The notes under the pieces were generated by a model. It ran no database searches. It was not told where the DNA came from and was given only the letters and a program-made list of their open reading frames with translations. A DNA stretch of 64,000 bases from Camelus dromedarius (Eukaryota). The translations under genes and the position numbers were made by a program. Where the stretch lies: the NCBI RefSeq assembly GCF_036321535.1, contig NC_087436.1, forward strand, positions 2,108,001-2,172,000, read 5' to 3'. Every line of letters begins with the position of its first letter. Positions within the stretch are counted from its first letter, which is position 1. Of this stretch, positions 12,651 through 27,039 are shown in pieces.

Positions 12651-14339
12651 AGACGTTCGTTCATCTAGCACAAGGGGAACGGTTTGCAGGAGAAACTTTT
12701 ACTCTGGTTTCTCAGTGTGTTTCCGGTTGCTGGTTTGAAGTTCCTGCAGTTTTTATTGTAAAACCGAGTTGGAGCTTGTACCTCCCCATATATATGTATG
12801 GAGTGTTGTTTCAACTGAAAAGAAACTTTGTGTTCCCAACAAGCTAGGTGAAGGTCGGCTTTCACACACAGATATCTCTCAGAACTGAGCGTGTGGAGAG
12901 AAGTTCGTTCATCTAGCACAAAGGGAACGGGTTGCAAGAGAAACTATTACTCTGGTTTCTCAGTCTGTTTCCTAGTGCCGGTTTGAATTTCCTGCAGTTT
13001 TCACTGTAAAACCGAGTTGGAGCTAGTACCTCCCCATATATATGTATGGATTGGTGTTTGCAAGTGAAAAGAAACTTTGTGTTACCAACAAGCTAGGTGA
13101 AGTTCGGCTTTCACACACACTTATCTCTCAGAACTGAGCATGTGGAGAGACTTTCGTTCATCTAGCACAAAGGGAAAGGGTTGCAGGAGAAACTTTTACT
13201 CTGGATTCTCAGTCTGTTTCCTAGTGCCGGTTTGAAGTTCCTGCAGTTTTCACTGTTAAACCGAGTTGGAGCTAGTACCTACCCATATATATGTATGGAG
13301 TGGAGTTTGCAAGTGAAAAGAATTTTTGTGTTCCCAAGGAGCTAGGTGAAGGACGGCTTTCACACACACTTATCTCTCAGAACTGAGCATGTGGAGAGAC
13401 GTTCGTTCATCTAGCACAAAGGGAACGGGTTGCAGTAGAACATTTGACTCTGGTTTCTCATTCTGTTTCCTAGTGCCGGTTTGAAGTTCCTGCACTTTTC
13501 ACTGTAAACACGAGTTGGTGCTAGTACCTCCCTATGTATATGTATGGAGTATAGTTTGCAACTGAAAAGAAACTTTGTGTTCCCTACAAGCTATGTGAAG
13601 GACGGCTTTCACACACACTTATCTCTCAGAACTGAGCATGTGGAGAGACGTTCGTTCATCTAGCACAAAGGGAACGGGTTGCAGGAGAAACTTTTACTCT
13701 GGTTTCTCAGTCTGTTTCCTAGTGCCGGTTTGAAGTTCCAGCTGTTTTCACTGTAAAACAGGGTTGGAGCTAGTACCTCCCCATACATATGTATGGAGTG
13801 GAGTTTGCAACTGAAAAGAAACTTTATGTTCCCAACAAGCTAGATGAAGGACGGCTTTCACACACACTTATCTCTCAGAACTCAGCATGTGGAGAGACGT
13901 TCGTTCATCTAGCACAAAGGGAACGGGTTGCAGGAAAAACTTTTACTCATTTATCTCAGTGTGTTTCCTAGTGCCGGTTTGAAGTTCCTGCAGTTTTCAC
14001 TGTAAAACCGTGTTGGAGCTAGTACCTCCCCATATATATGTATGGAGTGGAGCATCAACCTAAAAAGAAAATTTGTGTTCCCAAGAAGCTAGGTGAAGGA
14101 CGGCTTTCACACACACTTATCTCTCAGAACAGAGCGTGTGGAGAGAAGTTCGTTCATCTAGCACAAAGGGAACGTGTTGCAGGAGAAACTTTTACTCTGG
14201 TTTCTCAGTCTGTTTCCTAGTGCCGGTTTGAAGTTCCTGCAGTTTTCACTGTAAAACCGAGTTGGAGCTTGTACCTACACATATATATGTATGGAGTGGA
14301 GTTTGCAACTGAAAAGAAACTTTATGTTCCCAACAAGCT

Positions 14340-17300
14340 AGGGGAAGGACGGCTTTCACACACACTTATCTCTGAGAACTGAGCATGTGGAGAGACGTTC
14401 GTTCATCTAGCACAAAGGTAACGGGTAGCAGGAGAAACTTTTACTCTGGTTTCTCAGTCTGTTTAGTGTTGGCGCTTTGAAGTTCCTGCAGTTTTCACTG
14501 TAAAACCGAGTTGGAGCTAGTACCTCCCCATATATATCTATGGAGTGGAGTTTCAACTGAAAATTAACTTTGTGTTCCCAAGAAGCTAGTTGAAGGACGG
14601 CTTTCACACACACTTATCTCTCAGGACTGAGCATGTGGAGAGACGTTCGTTCATCTAGCACAAAGGGAACGGGTTGCAGAAGAAACTTTTACTCTGGTTT
14701 GTCAGTCTGTTTCCTAGTGCCGGTTTGAATTTCCTGCAATTTTCACTGTAAAACCGAGTTGGGGCTAGTTCCTCCCCATATATATGTATGGAATGGAGTT
14801 TGCAACTGAAAATAAACTTTGTGTTCCCAACAAGCTAGGTGAAGTACGGCTTTCACACACACTTATCTCTCAGAACTGAGCATATGTAGAGACGTTCGTT
14901 CATCTAGCACAAGGGGAACGGGTTGCAGGAGAAACTTTTATTCTGGTTTCTCAGTCTGTTTCCTAGTGCCGGTTTGAAGTTCCTGCAGTTTTCACTGCAA
15001 AACAGAGTTGAGGCTAGTACTTCCCTATATATATGTATGGAGTGGAGTTTGCAACTGAAGAGAATCTTTGTGTTCCCAACAAGCAAGGTGAAGGACGGCG
15101 TTCACACACACTTATCTCTCAGAACTCAGCATGTGGAGAGACGTTCGTTCATCTGGCACAAAGGGAAAGGTTTGCAGGAGATAATTTTACTCTGGTTTCT
15201 CAGTCTGTTTCCTAGTGCCCTTTTGAAGTTCCTGCAATTTTCGCTGTAAAACAGAGTTGGGGCTAGTACTTCCCCATATATATGTATGGAGTGGAGTTTG
15301 CAACTGAAGAGAATCTTTGTGTTCCCAACAAGCTAGGTGAAGGACAGCGTTCACACACAATTATCTCTCAGAACTCAGCATGTGGAGAGACGTTCGTTCA
15401 TCTAGCACAAAGGGAACGGTTTGCAGGAGAAACTTTTACTCATTTATCTCAGTGTGTTTCCTAGTGCCAGTTTGAAGTTCCTGCAGTTTTCACTGTAATA
15501 CAGAGTTGGTGCTAGTAACTATCTATATATATGTATGGAGTGGAGTTTGCAACAGAAAAGAAACTTTGTGTTCCAACAAGCTACGTGAAGGACGGCTTTC
15601 ACACACACTTATCTCTCAGAACTGAGCATGTGGAGAGACGTTCGTTCATCTAGCATAAAGGGAACGGGTTGCAGGAGAAACTTTACTCTGGTTTCACAGT
15701 CTGTTTCCTAGTGCCGGTTTGAAGTTCCTTCAGTTTTCACTGTAAAACAATGTTGGAGCTAGTACCTCCCCATATATATGTATGGAATGGAGTTTGCAAC
15801 TGAAAAGAATCTTTGTGTTCCCAACAAGCTAGGTGAAGGACGGCTTTCACACACACTTATCTCTCAGAACTGAGCATGTGGAGAGACGTTCGTTCATGTA
15901 GCACAAAGGGAACGGGTTGCAGGAGAAACTTTTACTCTGGTTTCTCAGTCTGTTTCCTAGTGCCGGTTTGAAGTTCCTGCAGTTTTCACTGTAAAACAGA
16001 GTTGGGGCTAGTACCTCCCCATATATATGTATGGAGTGGAGTTTGCAACTGAAGAGAATCTTTGTGTTCCCAACAAGCTAGGTGAAGGACGGCGTTCACA
16101 CACACTTATCTCTCAGAACTCAGCATGTGGAGAGACGTTCGTTCATCTAGCACAAATGGAACTGGGTGCAGGAGAAACTTTTACTCATTTATCTCAGTGT
16201 GTTTCCTAGTGCAGGTTTGATGTTCCTGCAGTTTTCACTGTAATACAGTGTTGGTGCTAGTAACTATCTATATATATGTATAGAGTGGAGTTTGCAACTA
16301 AAAAGAAACTTTGTGTTCCCAACAAGCTAGGTGAAGGACGGCTTTCACACACACTTATATCTCAGAACTGAGCATGTTGAGAGACGTTCGTTCATCTAGC
16401 ATAAAGGGAACGGGTTGCAGGAGAAACTTTACTCTGGTTTCTCAGTCTGTTTAGTGTTGGCGGTTTGAAGTTACTGCAGTTTTCACTGTAAAACCGAGTT
16501 GGAGCTAGTACCTCCCCATATATATGTATGGAGTGGAGTTTCAACTGAAAAGAATCCTTGTGTTCCCAAGAAGCTAGTTGAAGGACGGCTTTCACACACA
16601 CTTTTCTCTCAGAACTGAGCATGTGGAGAGACGTTCGTTCATCTAGCACAAAGGGAACGGGTTGCAGTAGAAACTTTTACTCTGGTTTCTCAGTCTGTTT
16701 CCTAGTGTCGGTTTGAAGTTCCTGCAGTTTTCACTGTAAAAAAGAGTTGGGGCTAGTACCTCCACATATATATATATAGATTGGAGTTTGCACCTGAAAA
16801 GATTCTTTGTGTTCCCAACAAGCTAGTTGAAGTACGGCTTTCACACACACTTATCTCTCAGAACTGAGCATGTGGAGAGACGTTCGTTCTTCTAGCACAA
16901 AGGGAACGGGTTGCAGTAAAAAATCTGACTCTGGTTTCTCATTATGTTTCCTAGTGCCGGTTTGAAGTTCCTGCAGTTTTCACTGTAAAACCGAGTTGGG
17001 GCTAGTACCCCCCTATATATATGTATGGAGTGTAGTTTGCAACTGAAAAGAAACTTTGTGTTCCCTACAAGCTAGGTGAAGGACGGCTTTCACACACACT
17101 TAACTCTCAGAACTGAGCATGTGGAGAGACGTTCGTTCATCTAGCACAAATGGAACGGGTTGCAGGAGAAATTTTTACTCTGGTTTCTCAGTCTGTTTCC
17201 TGTTGCCGGTTTGAAGTTCCTCCAGTTTTCACTGTAAAACCGAGTTGGAGCTAGTACCTCCCCATATATATGTATGGAGTGGAGTTTCAACGGAAAAGAA

Positions 17301-20300
17301 ACTTTGTGTTCCCAACAAGGTAGGTGAAGGACGGCTTTCACACACACTTATCTCTCAGAACTGAGCATGTGGAGAGTCGTTCATTCATCTAGCATAAAGG
17401 GAACGGGTTGCAGGAGAAACTTTTACTCAATTTCTCAGTCTGTTTCCTAGTGCCGGTTTGAAGTTCCAGCTGTTTTCACTGTAAAACAGAGTTGGAACTA
17501 GTACCTCCCCATATATATGTATGGAATGGAGTTTGCAACTGAAAAGAAACTTTGTGTTCCCAACAAGGTAGGTGAAGGACGGCTTTCACACACACTTATC
17601 TCTCAGAACTCAGCATGTGGAGAGACGTTCGTTCATCTAGCACAAAGGGAACGGGTTGCAGGAAAACTTTTACTCATTTATCTCAGTGTGTTTCCTAGTG
17701 CCAGTTTGACGTTCCTGCAGTTTTCACTGTAAAACCGAGTTGGAGCTAGTACCTCCCCATATATATGTATGGAGTGGAGCATCAACCTAAAAAGAAAATT
17801 TGTGTTCCCAAGAAACTAGGTGAAGGACGGCTTTCACACACACTTATCTCTCAGAACTGAGCATGTGGAGAGACGTTCGTTAATCAAGCACAAAAAGAAC
17901 GGGTTGCAAAGAAACTTTTACTCTGTTTTCACAGTCTGTTTCCTAATGCCGGTTTGAAGTTCCTGCAGTTTTCACTGTAAAACCGTGTTGGAGCTAGTAC
18001 CTCCCTATATATATGTATGGATTGGAGTTTGCAACTGAAAAGAAACTTTGTGTTCCCAAGAAGCTAGTTGAAGGACGGCTTTCACACACACTTATCACTC
18101 AGAACTGAGCATGTGGAGAGACGTTCGTTCATCTAGCAAAAATGGAACGGGTTGCAGTAGAAAATTTGACTCTGGTTTCTCAGTCTGTTTCCAAGTGCCG
18201 GTTTGAAGTTCCTGCAGTTTTCACTGTAAAACCGAGTTGGAGCTTGTACCTACACATATATATGTATGGAGTGGAGTTTGCAACTGAAAAGAAACTTTGT
18301 GTTCCCAACAAGCTAGGTGAAGGACGTCTTTCACACTCACTTATCTCTCAGAACTGAGCATGTGGAGAGACGTTCGTTCATCTAGCACAAAGGAAACGGG
18401 TAGCAGGAGAAACTTTTACTCTGGTTTCTCAGTCTGTTTAGTGTTGGCGGTTTGAAGTTCCTGCAGTTTTCACTGTAAAATCGAGTTGGAGCTTGTACCT
18501 CCCCATATATATGTATGGAGTGGAATTTCAACTGAAAAGAAACTTTGTGTTCCGAAGAAGATAGTTGAAGGACGGCTTTCACACACACTTTTCTCTCAGA
18601 ACTGAGCATGTGGAGAGACCTTCGTCCATCTAGCACAAAGGGAACGGGTTGCAGGAGAAACTTTTACTCATTTATCTCAGTGTGTTTCCTAGTGCCAGTT
18701 TGAAGTTCCTGCAGTTTTCACTGTAATACAGAGTTGGTGCTAGTAACTATCTATATATATGTATGGAGTGGAGTTTGCAACAGAAAAGAAACTTTGTGTT
18801 CCAACAAGCTACGTGAAGGACGGCTTTCACACACACTTATCTCTCAGAACTGAGCATGTGGAGAGACGTTCGTTCATCTAGCATAAAGGGAACGGGTTGC
18901 AGGAGAAACTTTACTCTGGTTTCACAGTCTGTTTCCTAGTGCCGGTTTGAAGTTCCTTCAGTTTTCACTGTAAAACAATGTTGGAGCTAGTACCTCCCCA
19001 TATATATGTATGGAATGGAGTTTGCAACTGAAAAGAATCTTTGTGTTCCCAACAAGCTAGGTGAAGGACGGCTTTCACACACACTTATCTCTCAGAACTG
19101 AGCATGTGGAGAGACGTTCGTTCATGTAGCACAAAGGGAACGGGTTGCAGGAGAAACTTTTACTCTGGTTTCTCAGTCTGTTTCCTAGTGCCGGTTTGAA
19201 GTTCCTGCAGTTTTCACTGTAAAACAGAGTTGGGGCTAGTACCTCCCCATATATATGTATGGAGTGGAGTTTGCAACTGAAGAGAATCTTTGTGTTCCCA
19301 ACAAGCTAGGTGAAGGACGGCGTTCACACACACTTATCTCTCAGAACTCAGCATGTGGAGAGACGTTCGTTCATCTAGCACAAATGGAACTGGGTGCAGG
19401 AGAAACTTTTACTCATTTATCTCAGTGTGTTTCCTAGTGTAGGTTTGATGTTCCTGCAGTTTTCACTGTAATACAGTGTTGGTGCTAGTAACTATCTATA
19501 TATATGTATAGAGTGGAGTTTGCAACTAAAAAGAAACTTTGTGTTCCCAACAAGCTAGGTGAAGGACGGCTTTCACACACACTTATATCTCAGAACTGAG
19601 CATGTTGAGAGACGTTCGTTCATCTAGCATAAAGGGAACGGGTTGCAGGAGAAACTTTACTCTGGTTTCTCAGTCTGTTTAGTGTTGGCGGTTTGAAGTT
19701 ACTGCAGTTTTCACTGTAAAACCGAGTTGGAGCTATTACCTCCCCATATATATGTATGGAGTGGAGTTTCAACTGAAAAGAATCCTTGTGTTCCCAAGAA
19801 GCTAGTTGAAGGACGGCTTTCACACACACTTTTCTCTCAGAACTGAGCATGTGGAGAGACGTTCGTTCATCTAGCACAAAGGGAACGGGTTGCAGTAGAA
19901 ACTTTTACTCTGGTTTCTCAGTCTGTTTCCTAGTGTCGGTTTGAAGTTCCTGCAGTTTTCACTGTAAAAAAGAGTTGGGGCTAGTACCTCCACATATATA
20001 TATATAGATTGGAGTTTGCACCTGAAAAGATTCTTTGTGTTCCCAACAAGCTAGTTGAAGTACGGCTTTCACACACACTTATCTCTCAGAACTGAGCATG
20101 TGGAGAGACGTTCGTTCTTCTAGCACAAAGGGAACGGGTTGCAGTAAAAAATCTGACTCTGGTTTCTCATTATGTTTCCTAGTGCCGGTTTGAAGTTCCT
20201 GCAGTTTTCACTGTAAAACCGAGTTGGGGCTAGTACCCCCCTATATATATGTATGGAGTGTAGTTTGCAACTGAAAAGAAACTTTGTGTTCCCTACAAGC

Positions 20301-23300
20301 TAGGTGAAGGACGGCTTTCACACACACTTAACTCTCAGAACTGAGCATGTGGAGAGACGTTCGTTCATCTAGCACAAATGGAACGGGTTGCAGGAGAAAT
20401 TTTTACTCTGGTTTCTCAGTCTGTTTCCTGTTGCCGGTTTGAAGTTCCTCCAGTTTTCACTGTAAAACCGAGTTGGAGCTAGTACCTCCCCATATATATG
20501 TATGGAGTGGAGTTTCAACGGAAAAGAAACTTTGTGTTCCCAACAAGGTAGGTGAAGGACGGCTTTCACACACACTTATCTCTCAGAACTGAGCATGTGG
20601 AGAGTCGTTCATTCATCTAGCATAAAGGGAACGGGTTGCAGGAGAAACTTTTACTCAATTTCTCAGTCTGTTTCCTAGTGCCGGTTTGAAGTTCCAGCTG
20701 TTTTCACTGTAAAACAGAGTTGGAACTAGTACCTCCCCATATATATGTATGGAATGGAGTTTGCAACTGAAAAGAAACTTTGTGTTCCCAACAAGGTAGG
20801 TGAAGGACGGCTTTCACACACACTTATCTCTCAGAACTCAGCATGTGGAGAGACGTTCGTTCATCTAGCACAAAGGGAACGGGTTGCAGGAAAACTTTTA
20901 CTCATTTATCTCAGTGTGTTTCCTAGTGCCAGTTTGACGTTCCTGCAGTTTTCACTGTAAAACCGAGTTGGAGCTAGTACCTCCCCATATATATGTATGG
21001 AGTGGAGCATCAACCTAAAAAGAAAATTTGTGTTCCCAAGAAACTAGGTGAAGGACGGCTTTCACACACACTTATCTCTCAGAACTGAGCATGTGGAGAG
21101 ACGTTCGTTAATCAAGCACAAAAAGAACGGGTTGCAAAGAAACTTTTACTCTGTTTTCACAGTCTGTTTCCTAATGCCGGTTTGAAGTTCCTGCAGTTTT
21201 CACTGTAAAACCGTGTTGGAGCTAGTACCTCCCTATATATATGTATGGATTGGAGTTTGCAACTGAAAAGAAACTTTGTGTTCCCAAGAAGCTAGTTGAA
21301 GGACGGCTTTCACACACACTTATCACTCAGAACTGAGCATGTGGAGAGACGTTCGTTCATCTAGCAAAAATGGAACGGGTTGCAGTAGAAAATTTGACTC
21401 TGGTTTCTCAGTCTGTTTCCAAGTGCCGGTTTGAAGTTCCTGCAGTTTTCACTGTAAAACCGAGTTGGAGCTTGTACCTACACATATATATGTATGGAGT
21501 GGAGTTTGCAACTGAAAAGAAACTTTGTGTTCCCAACAAGCTAGGTGAAGGACGGCTTTCACACTCACTTATCTCTCAGAACTGAGCATGTGGAGAGACG
21601 TTCGTTCATCTAGCACAAAGGAAACGGGTAGCAGGAGAAACTTTTACTCTGGTTTCTCAGTCTGTTTAGTGTTGGCGGTTTGAAGTTCCTGCAGTTTTCA
21701 CTGTAAAATCGAGTTGGAGCTTGTACCTCCCCATATATATGTATGGAGTGGAGTTTCAACTGAAAAGAAACTTTGTGTTCCCAAGAAGATAGTTGAAGGA
21801 CGGCTTTCACACACACTTTTCTCTCAGAACTGAGCATGTGGAGAGACCTTCGTCCATCTAGCACAAAGGGAACGGGTTGCAGGAGAAACTTATACTCTGG
21901 TTTCTCAGTCTGTTTCTTAGTGCCGGTTTGAAGTTCCTGCAGTTTTCACTGTAAAATTGAGTTGGAGCTAGTACTTCCCCGTATATATGAATGGAGTGGA
22001 GTTTGCAACTGAAAAGAAACTTTGTGTTCCCAACAAGCTAGGGGAAGGACGGCTTTCACACACACTTATCTCTGAGAACTGAGCATGTGGAGAGACGTTC
22101 GTTCATCTAGCACAAAGGTAACGGGTAGCAGGAGAAACTTTTACTCTGGTTTCTCAGTCTGTTTAGTGTTGGCGCTTTGAAGTTCCTGCAGTTTTCACTG
22201 TAAAACCGAGTTGGAGCTAGTACCTCCCCATATATATCTATGGAGTGGAGTTTCAACTGAAAATTAACTTTGTGTTCCCAAGAAGCTAGTTGAAGGACGG
22301 CTTTCACACACACTTATCTCTCAGGACTGAGCATGTGGAGAGACGTTCGTTCATCTAGCACAAAGGGAACGGGTTGCAGAAGAAATTTTACTCTGGTTTG
22401 TCAGTCTGTTTCCTAGTGCCGGTTTGAATTTCCTGCAATTTTCACTGTAAAACCGAGTTGGGGCTAGTTCCTCCCCATATATATGTATGGAATGGAGTTT
22501 GCAACTGAAAATAAACTTTGTGTTCCCAACAAGCTAGGTGAAGGACGGCTTTCACACACACTTATCTCTCAGAACTGAGCATATGTAGAGACGTTCGTTC
22601 ATCTAGCACAAGGGGAACGGGTTGCAGGAGAAACTTTTATTCTGGTTTCTCAGTCTGTTTCCTAGTGCCGGTTTGAAGTTCCTGCAGTTTTCACTGCAAA
22701 ACAGAGTTGAGGCTAGTACTTCCCTATATATATGTATGGAGTGGAGTTTGCAACTGAAGAGAATCTTTGTGTTCCCAACAAGCAAGGTGAAGGACGGCGT
22801 TCACACACACTTATATCTCAGAACTCAGCATGTGGAGAGACGTTCGTTCATCTGGCACAAAGGGAAAGGTTTGCAGGAGATAATTTTACTCTGGTTTCTC
22901 AGTCTGTTTCCTAGTGCCCTTTTGAAGTTCCTGCAATTTTCGCTGTAAAACAGAGTTGGGGCTAGTACTTCCCCATATATATGTATGGAGTGGAGTTTGC
23001 AACTGAAGAGAATCTTTGTGTTCCCAACAAGCTAGGTGAAGGACAGCGTTCACACACAATTATCTCTCAGAACTCAGCATGTGGAGAGACGTTCGTTCAT
23101 CTAGCACAAAGGGAACGGGTTGCAGGAGAAACTTTTACTCATTTATCTCAGTGTGTTTCCTAGTGCCAGTTTGAAGTTCCTGCAGTTTTCACTGTAATAC
23201 AGAGTTGGTGCTAGTAACTATCTATATATAAGTATGGAGTGGAGTTTGCAACAGAAAAGAAACTTTGTGTTCCCAACAAGCTAGGTGAAGGACGGCTTTC

Positions 23301-25255
23301 ACACACACTTATCTCTCAGAACTGAGCATGTTGAGAGACGTTCGTTCATCCAACATAAAGGGAACGGGTTGCAGGAGAAACTTTACTCTGGTTTCACAGT
23401 CTGTTTCCTAGTGCCGGTTTGAAGTTCCTTCAGTTTTCACTGTAAAACAAAGTTGGAGCTAGTACCTCCCCATATATATGTATGGAATGGAGTTTGCAAC
23501 TGAAAAGAATCTTTGTGTTCCCAACAAGCTAGGTGAAGGACGGCTTTCACACACACTTATCTCTCAGAACTGAGCATGTGGAGAGACGTTCGTTCATGTA
23601 GCACAAATGGAACGGGTTGCAGGAGAAACTTTTACTCTGGTTTCTCAGTCTGTTTCCTAGTGCCGGTTTGAAGTTCCTGCAGTTTTCACTGTAAAACAGA
23701 GTTGGGGCTAGTACCTCCCCATATATATGTATGGAGTGGAGTTTGCAACTGAAGAGAATCTTTGTGTTCCCAACAAGCTAGGTGAAGGACGGCGTTCACA
23801 CACACTTATCTCTCAGAACTCAGCATGTGGAGAGACGTTCGTTCATCTAGCACAAATGGAACTGGGTGCAGGAGAAACTTTTACTCATTTATCTCAGTGT
23901 GTTTCCTAGTGCAGGTTTGATGTTCCTGCAGTTTTCACTGTAATACAGTGTTGGTGCTAGTAACTATCTATATATATGTATAGAGTGGAGTTTGCAACTA
24001 AAAAGAAACTTTGTGTTCCCAACAAGCTAGGTGAAGGACGGCTTTCACACACACTTATATCTCAGAACTGAGCATGTTGAGAGACGTTCGTTCATCTAGC
24101 ATAAAGGGAACGGGTTGCAGGAGAAACTTTACTCTGGTTTCTCAGTCTGTTTAGTGTTGGCGGTTTGAAGTTACTGCAGTTTTCACTGTAAAACCGAGTT
24201 GGAGCTAGTACCTCCCCATATATATGTATGGAGTGGAGTTTCAACTGAAAAGAATCCTTGTGTTCCCAAGAAGCTAGTTGAAGGACGGCTTTCACACACA
24301 CTTTTCTCTCAGAACTGAGCATGTGGAGAGACGTTCGTTCATCTAGCACAAAGGGAACGGGTTGCAGTAGAAACTTTTACTCTGGATTCTCAGTCTGTTT
24401 CCTAGTGTCGGTTTGAAGTTCCTGCAGTTTTCACTGTAAAAAAGAGTTGGGGCTAGTACCTCCACATATATATATATAGATTGGAGTTTGCACCTGAAAA
24501 GATTCTTTGTGTTCCCAACAAGCTAGTTGAAGTACGGCTTTCACACACACTTATCTCTCAGAACTGAGCATGTGGAGAGACGTTCGTTCTTCTAGCACAA
24601 AGGGAACGGGTTGCAGTAAAAAATCTGACTCTGGTTTCTCATTATGTTTCCTAGTGCCGGTTTGAAGTTCCTGCAGTTTTCACTGTAAAACCGAGTTGGG
24701 GCTAGTACCCCCCTATATATATGTATGGAGTGTAGTTTGCAACTGAAAAGAAACTTTGTGTTCCCTACAAGCTAGGTGAAGGACGGCTTTCACACACACT
24801 TAACTCTCAGAACTGAGCATGTGGAGAGACGTTCGTTCATCTAGCACAAATGGAACGGGTTGCAGGAGAAATTTTTACTCTGGTTTCTCAGTCTGTTTCC
24901 TGTTGCCGGTTTGAAGTTCCTCCAGTTTTCACTGTAAAACCGAGTTGGAGCTAGTACCTCCCCATATATATGTATGGAGTGGAGTTTCAACGGAAAAGAA
25001 ACTTTGTGTTCCCAACAAGGTAGGTGAAGGACGGCTTTCACACACACTTATCTCTCAGAACTGAGCATGTGGAGAGTCGTTCATTCATCTAGCATAAAGG
25101 GAACGGGTTGCAGGAGAAACTTTTACTCAATTTCTCAGTCTGTTTCCTAGTTCCGGTTTGAAGTTCCAGCTGTTTTCACTGTAAAACAGAGTTGGAACTA
25201 GTACCTCCCCATATATATGTATGGAATGGAGTTTGCAACTGAAAAGAAACTTTGT
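14340..25255. repeat. Nested 13-mer (3228 bp) and 18-mer (4472 bp) HOR block
   Basis: Matching ORFs at 16027, 19255 and 23727 (offsets 3228 and 4472) and at 14407/22107 (offset 7700). The tandem 13-mer lies at ~15433-18660 and ~18661-21888. Segment ~14340-17555 recurs at ~22040-25255. Confidence 0.9.
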
Positions 25256-27039
25256 GTTCCCAACAAGCTAAGTGAAGGACGGCTTTCACACACACTTATA
25301 TCTCAGAACTGAGCATGTGGAGAGACGTTCGTTCATCTAGCACAAAGGGAACGTGTTGCAGGAGAAAACTTTACTCTGGTTTCTCAGTCAGTTTCCTAGT
25401 GCCCGTTTGAAGTTCCTGCAATTTTCACTGTAAACCAGTGTTGGGGCTAGTACCTCCCCATATATATGTATGGAGTGTAGTTTGCAACTGAAGAGAAACT
25501 TTGTGTTCCCAACAAGCTAGGTGAAGGTCGGCTGTCACACACACTTATCTCTCAGAACTCAGCATGTGGAGAGACGTTCGTTCAACTAGCAAAAAAGGGA
25601 AGGGTTTGCAGGAAAAACTTTTACTCATTTATCTCAGTGTGTTTCCTAGTGCCGGTTTGAAGTTCCTGCAGTTTTCACTGTAATACCGATTTGGAGCTAG
25701 TAACTATCTATATATATGTATGGAGTGGAGTTTACAACTGAAAAGAATCTTTGTGTTCCCAACAAGCTATGTTAAGGAAGGCTTTCACACGCACTTATCT
25801 CTCAGAACTGAGAATGTTCAGAGACGTTTGTTCATCTAGCACAAATGCAACGGGTTGCATTAGAAAATTTTACTCTGGTATCTCAGTCTGTTTCCTAGTG
25901 CCGGTTTGAAGTTCCTGCAGTTTTCACTGTAAAACCGAGTTTGAGCTTGTACTTCCCATATATATATATATGGAGTGGTGTTTGCAACTGAAAAGAAACT
26001 TTGTGTTCCCTACAAGCTAGGTGAAGGAAGGCTTTCACACACACTTATCTCTCAGAATTGAGCATGTGGAGAGACGTTCGTTCATCTAGCACAAAGGGAA
26101 CGGGTAGCGGGAGAAACTTTTACTCTTGTGTCTCAGTCTGTTTCCTATTGCCTCTTTGAAGTTCCTGCAGTTTTCACTAAAAAACCGAGTTGGTGCTAGT
26201 ACCTCCCCATATATATGTATGGAATGGAGTTTGCAACTGAAAAGAATTTTGTGTTCCCAACAAGCTAGGTGAAGGACGGCTTTCACACACACATATCTCT
26301 CAGAACTGAGCATGTGGAGAGACGTTCGTTCATGTAGCACAAAGGGAACGGGTTGCAGGAGAAACATTTACTCTGGTTTCTCAGTCTGTTTCCTAGTTCC
26401 GGTTTGAAGTTCCTGCAGTTTTCACAGTAAAACCGAGTTGGAGCTAGTACCTCCCCATATATATGTATGGAGTGGAGTTTGCAAGTTAAAAGAAACTTTG
26501 TGTTCCCAAGAAGCTAGGTGAAGGACGGCGTTCACACACACTTATCTCTCAGAAATGAGCATGTGGAGAGACGTTCGTTCATGTAGCACAAAGGGAAAGG
26601 GTTGCAGGGGAAACTTTTACTCTGGTTTCTCAGTCTGTTTCCTAGTGTCAGTTTGAAGTTCCTGCAGTTTTCATTGTAAAACCGAGTTGGAGCTAGTACC
26701 TCCCCATATATATGTATGGAGTGGAGTTTGCAACTGAAAAGAAACTTTGTGTTCCCGACAAGCTAGGTGAAGAACGGCTTTCACACACACTTATGTCTCA
26801 GAACTGAGCATGTGGAGAGACGTTCGTTCATCTAGCACAAAGGGAACGGGTTGCAGAAGAAACTTTTACTCTGGTTTGTCAGTCTGTTTCCTAGTGCCGG
26901 TTTGAATTTCCTGCAGTTTTCACTGTAAAACCGAGTTGGGGCTAGTTCCTCCCCATATATATGTATGGAATGGAGTTTGCAACTGAAAATAAACTTTGTG
27001 TTCCCAACAAGCTAGGTGAAGGACGGCTTTCACACACAC

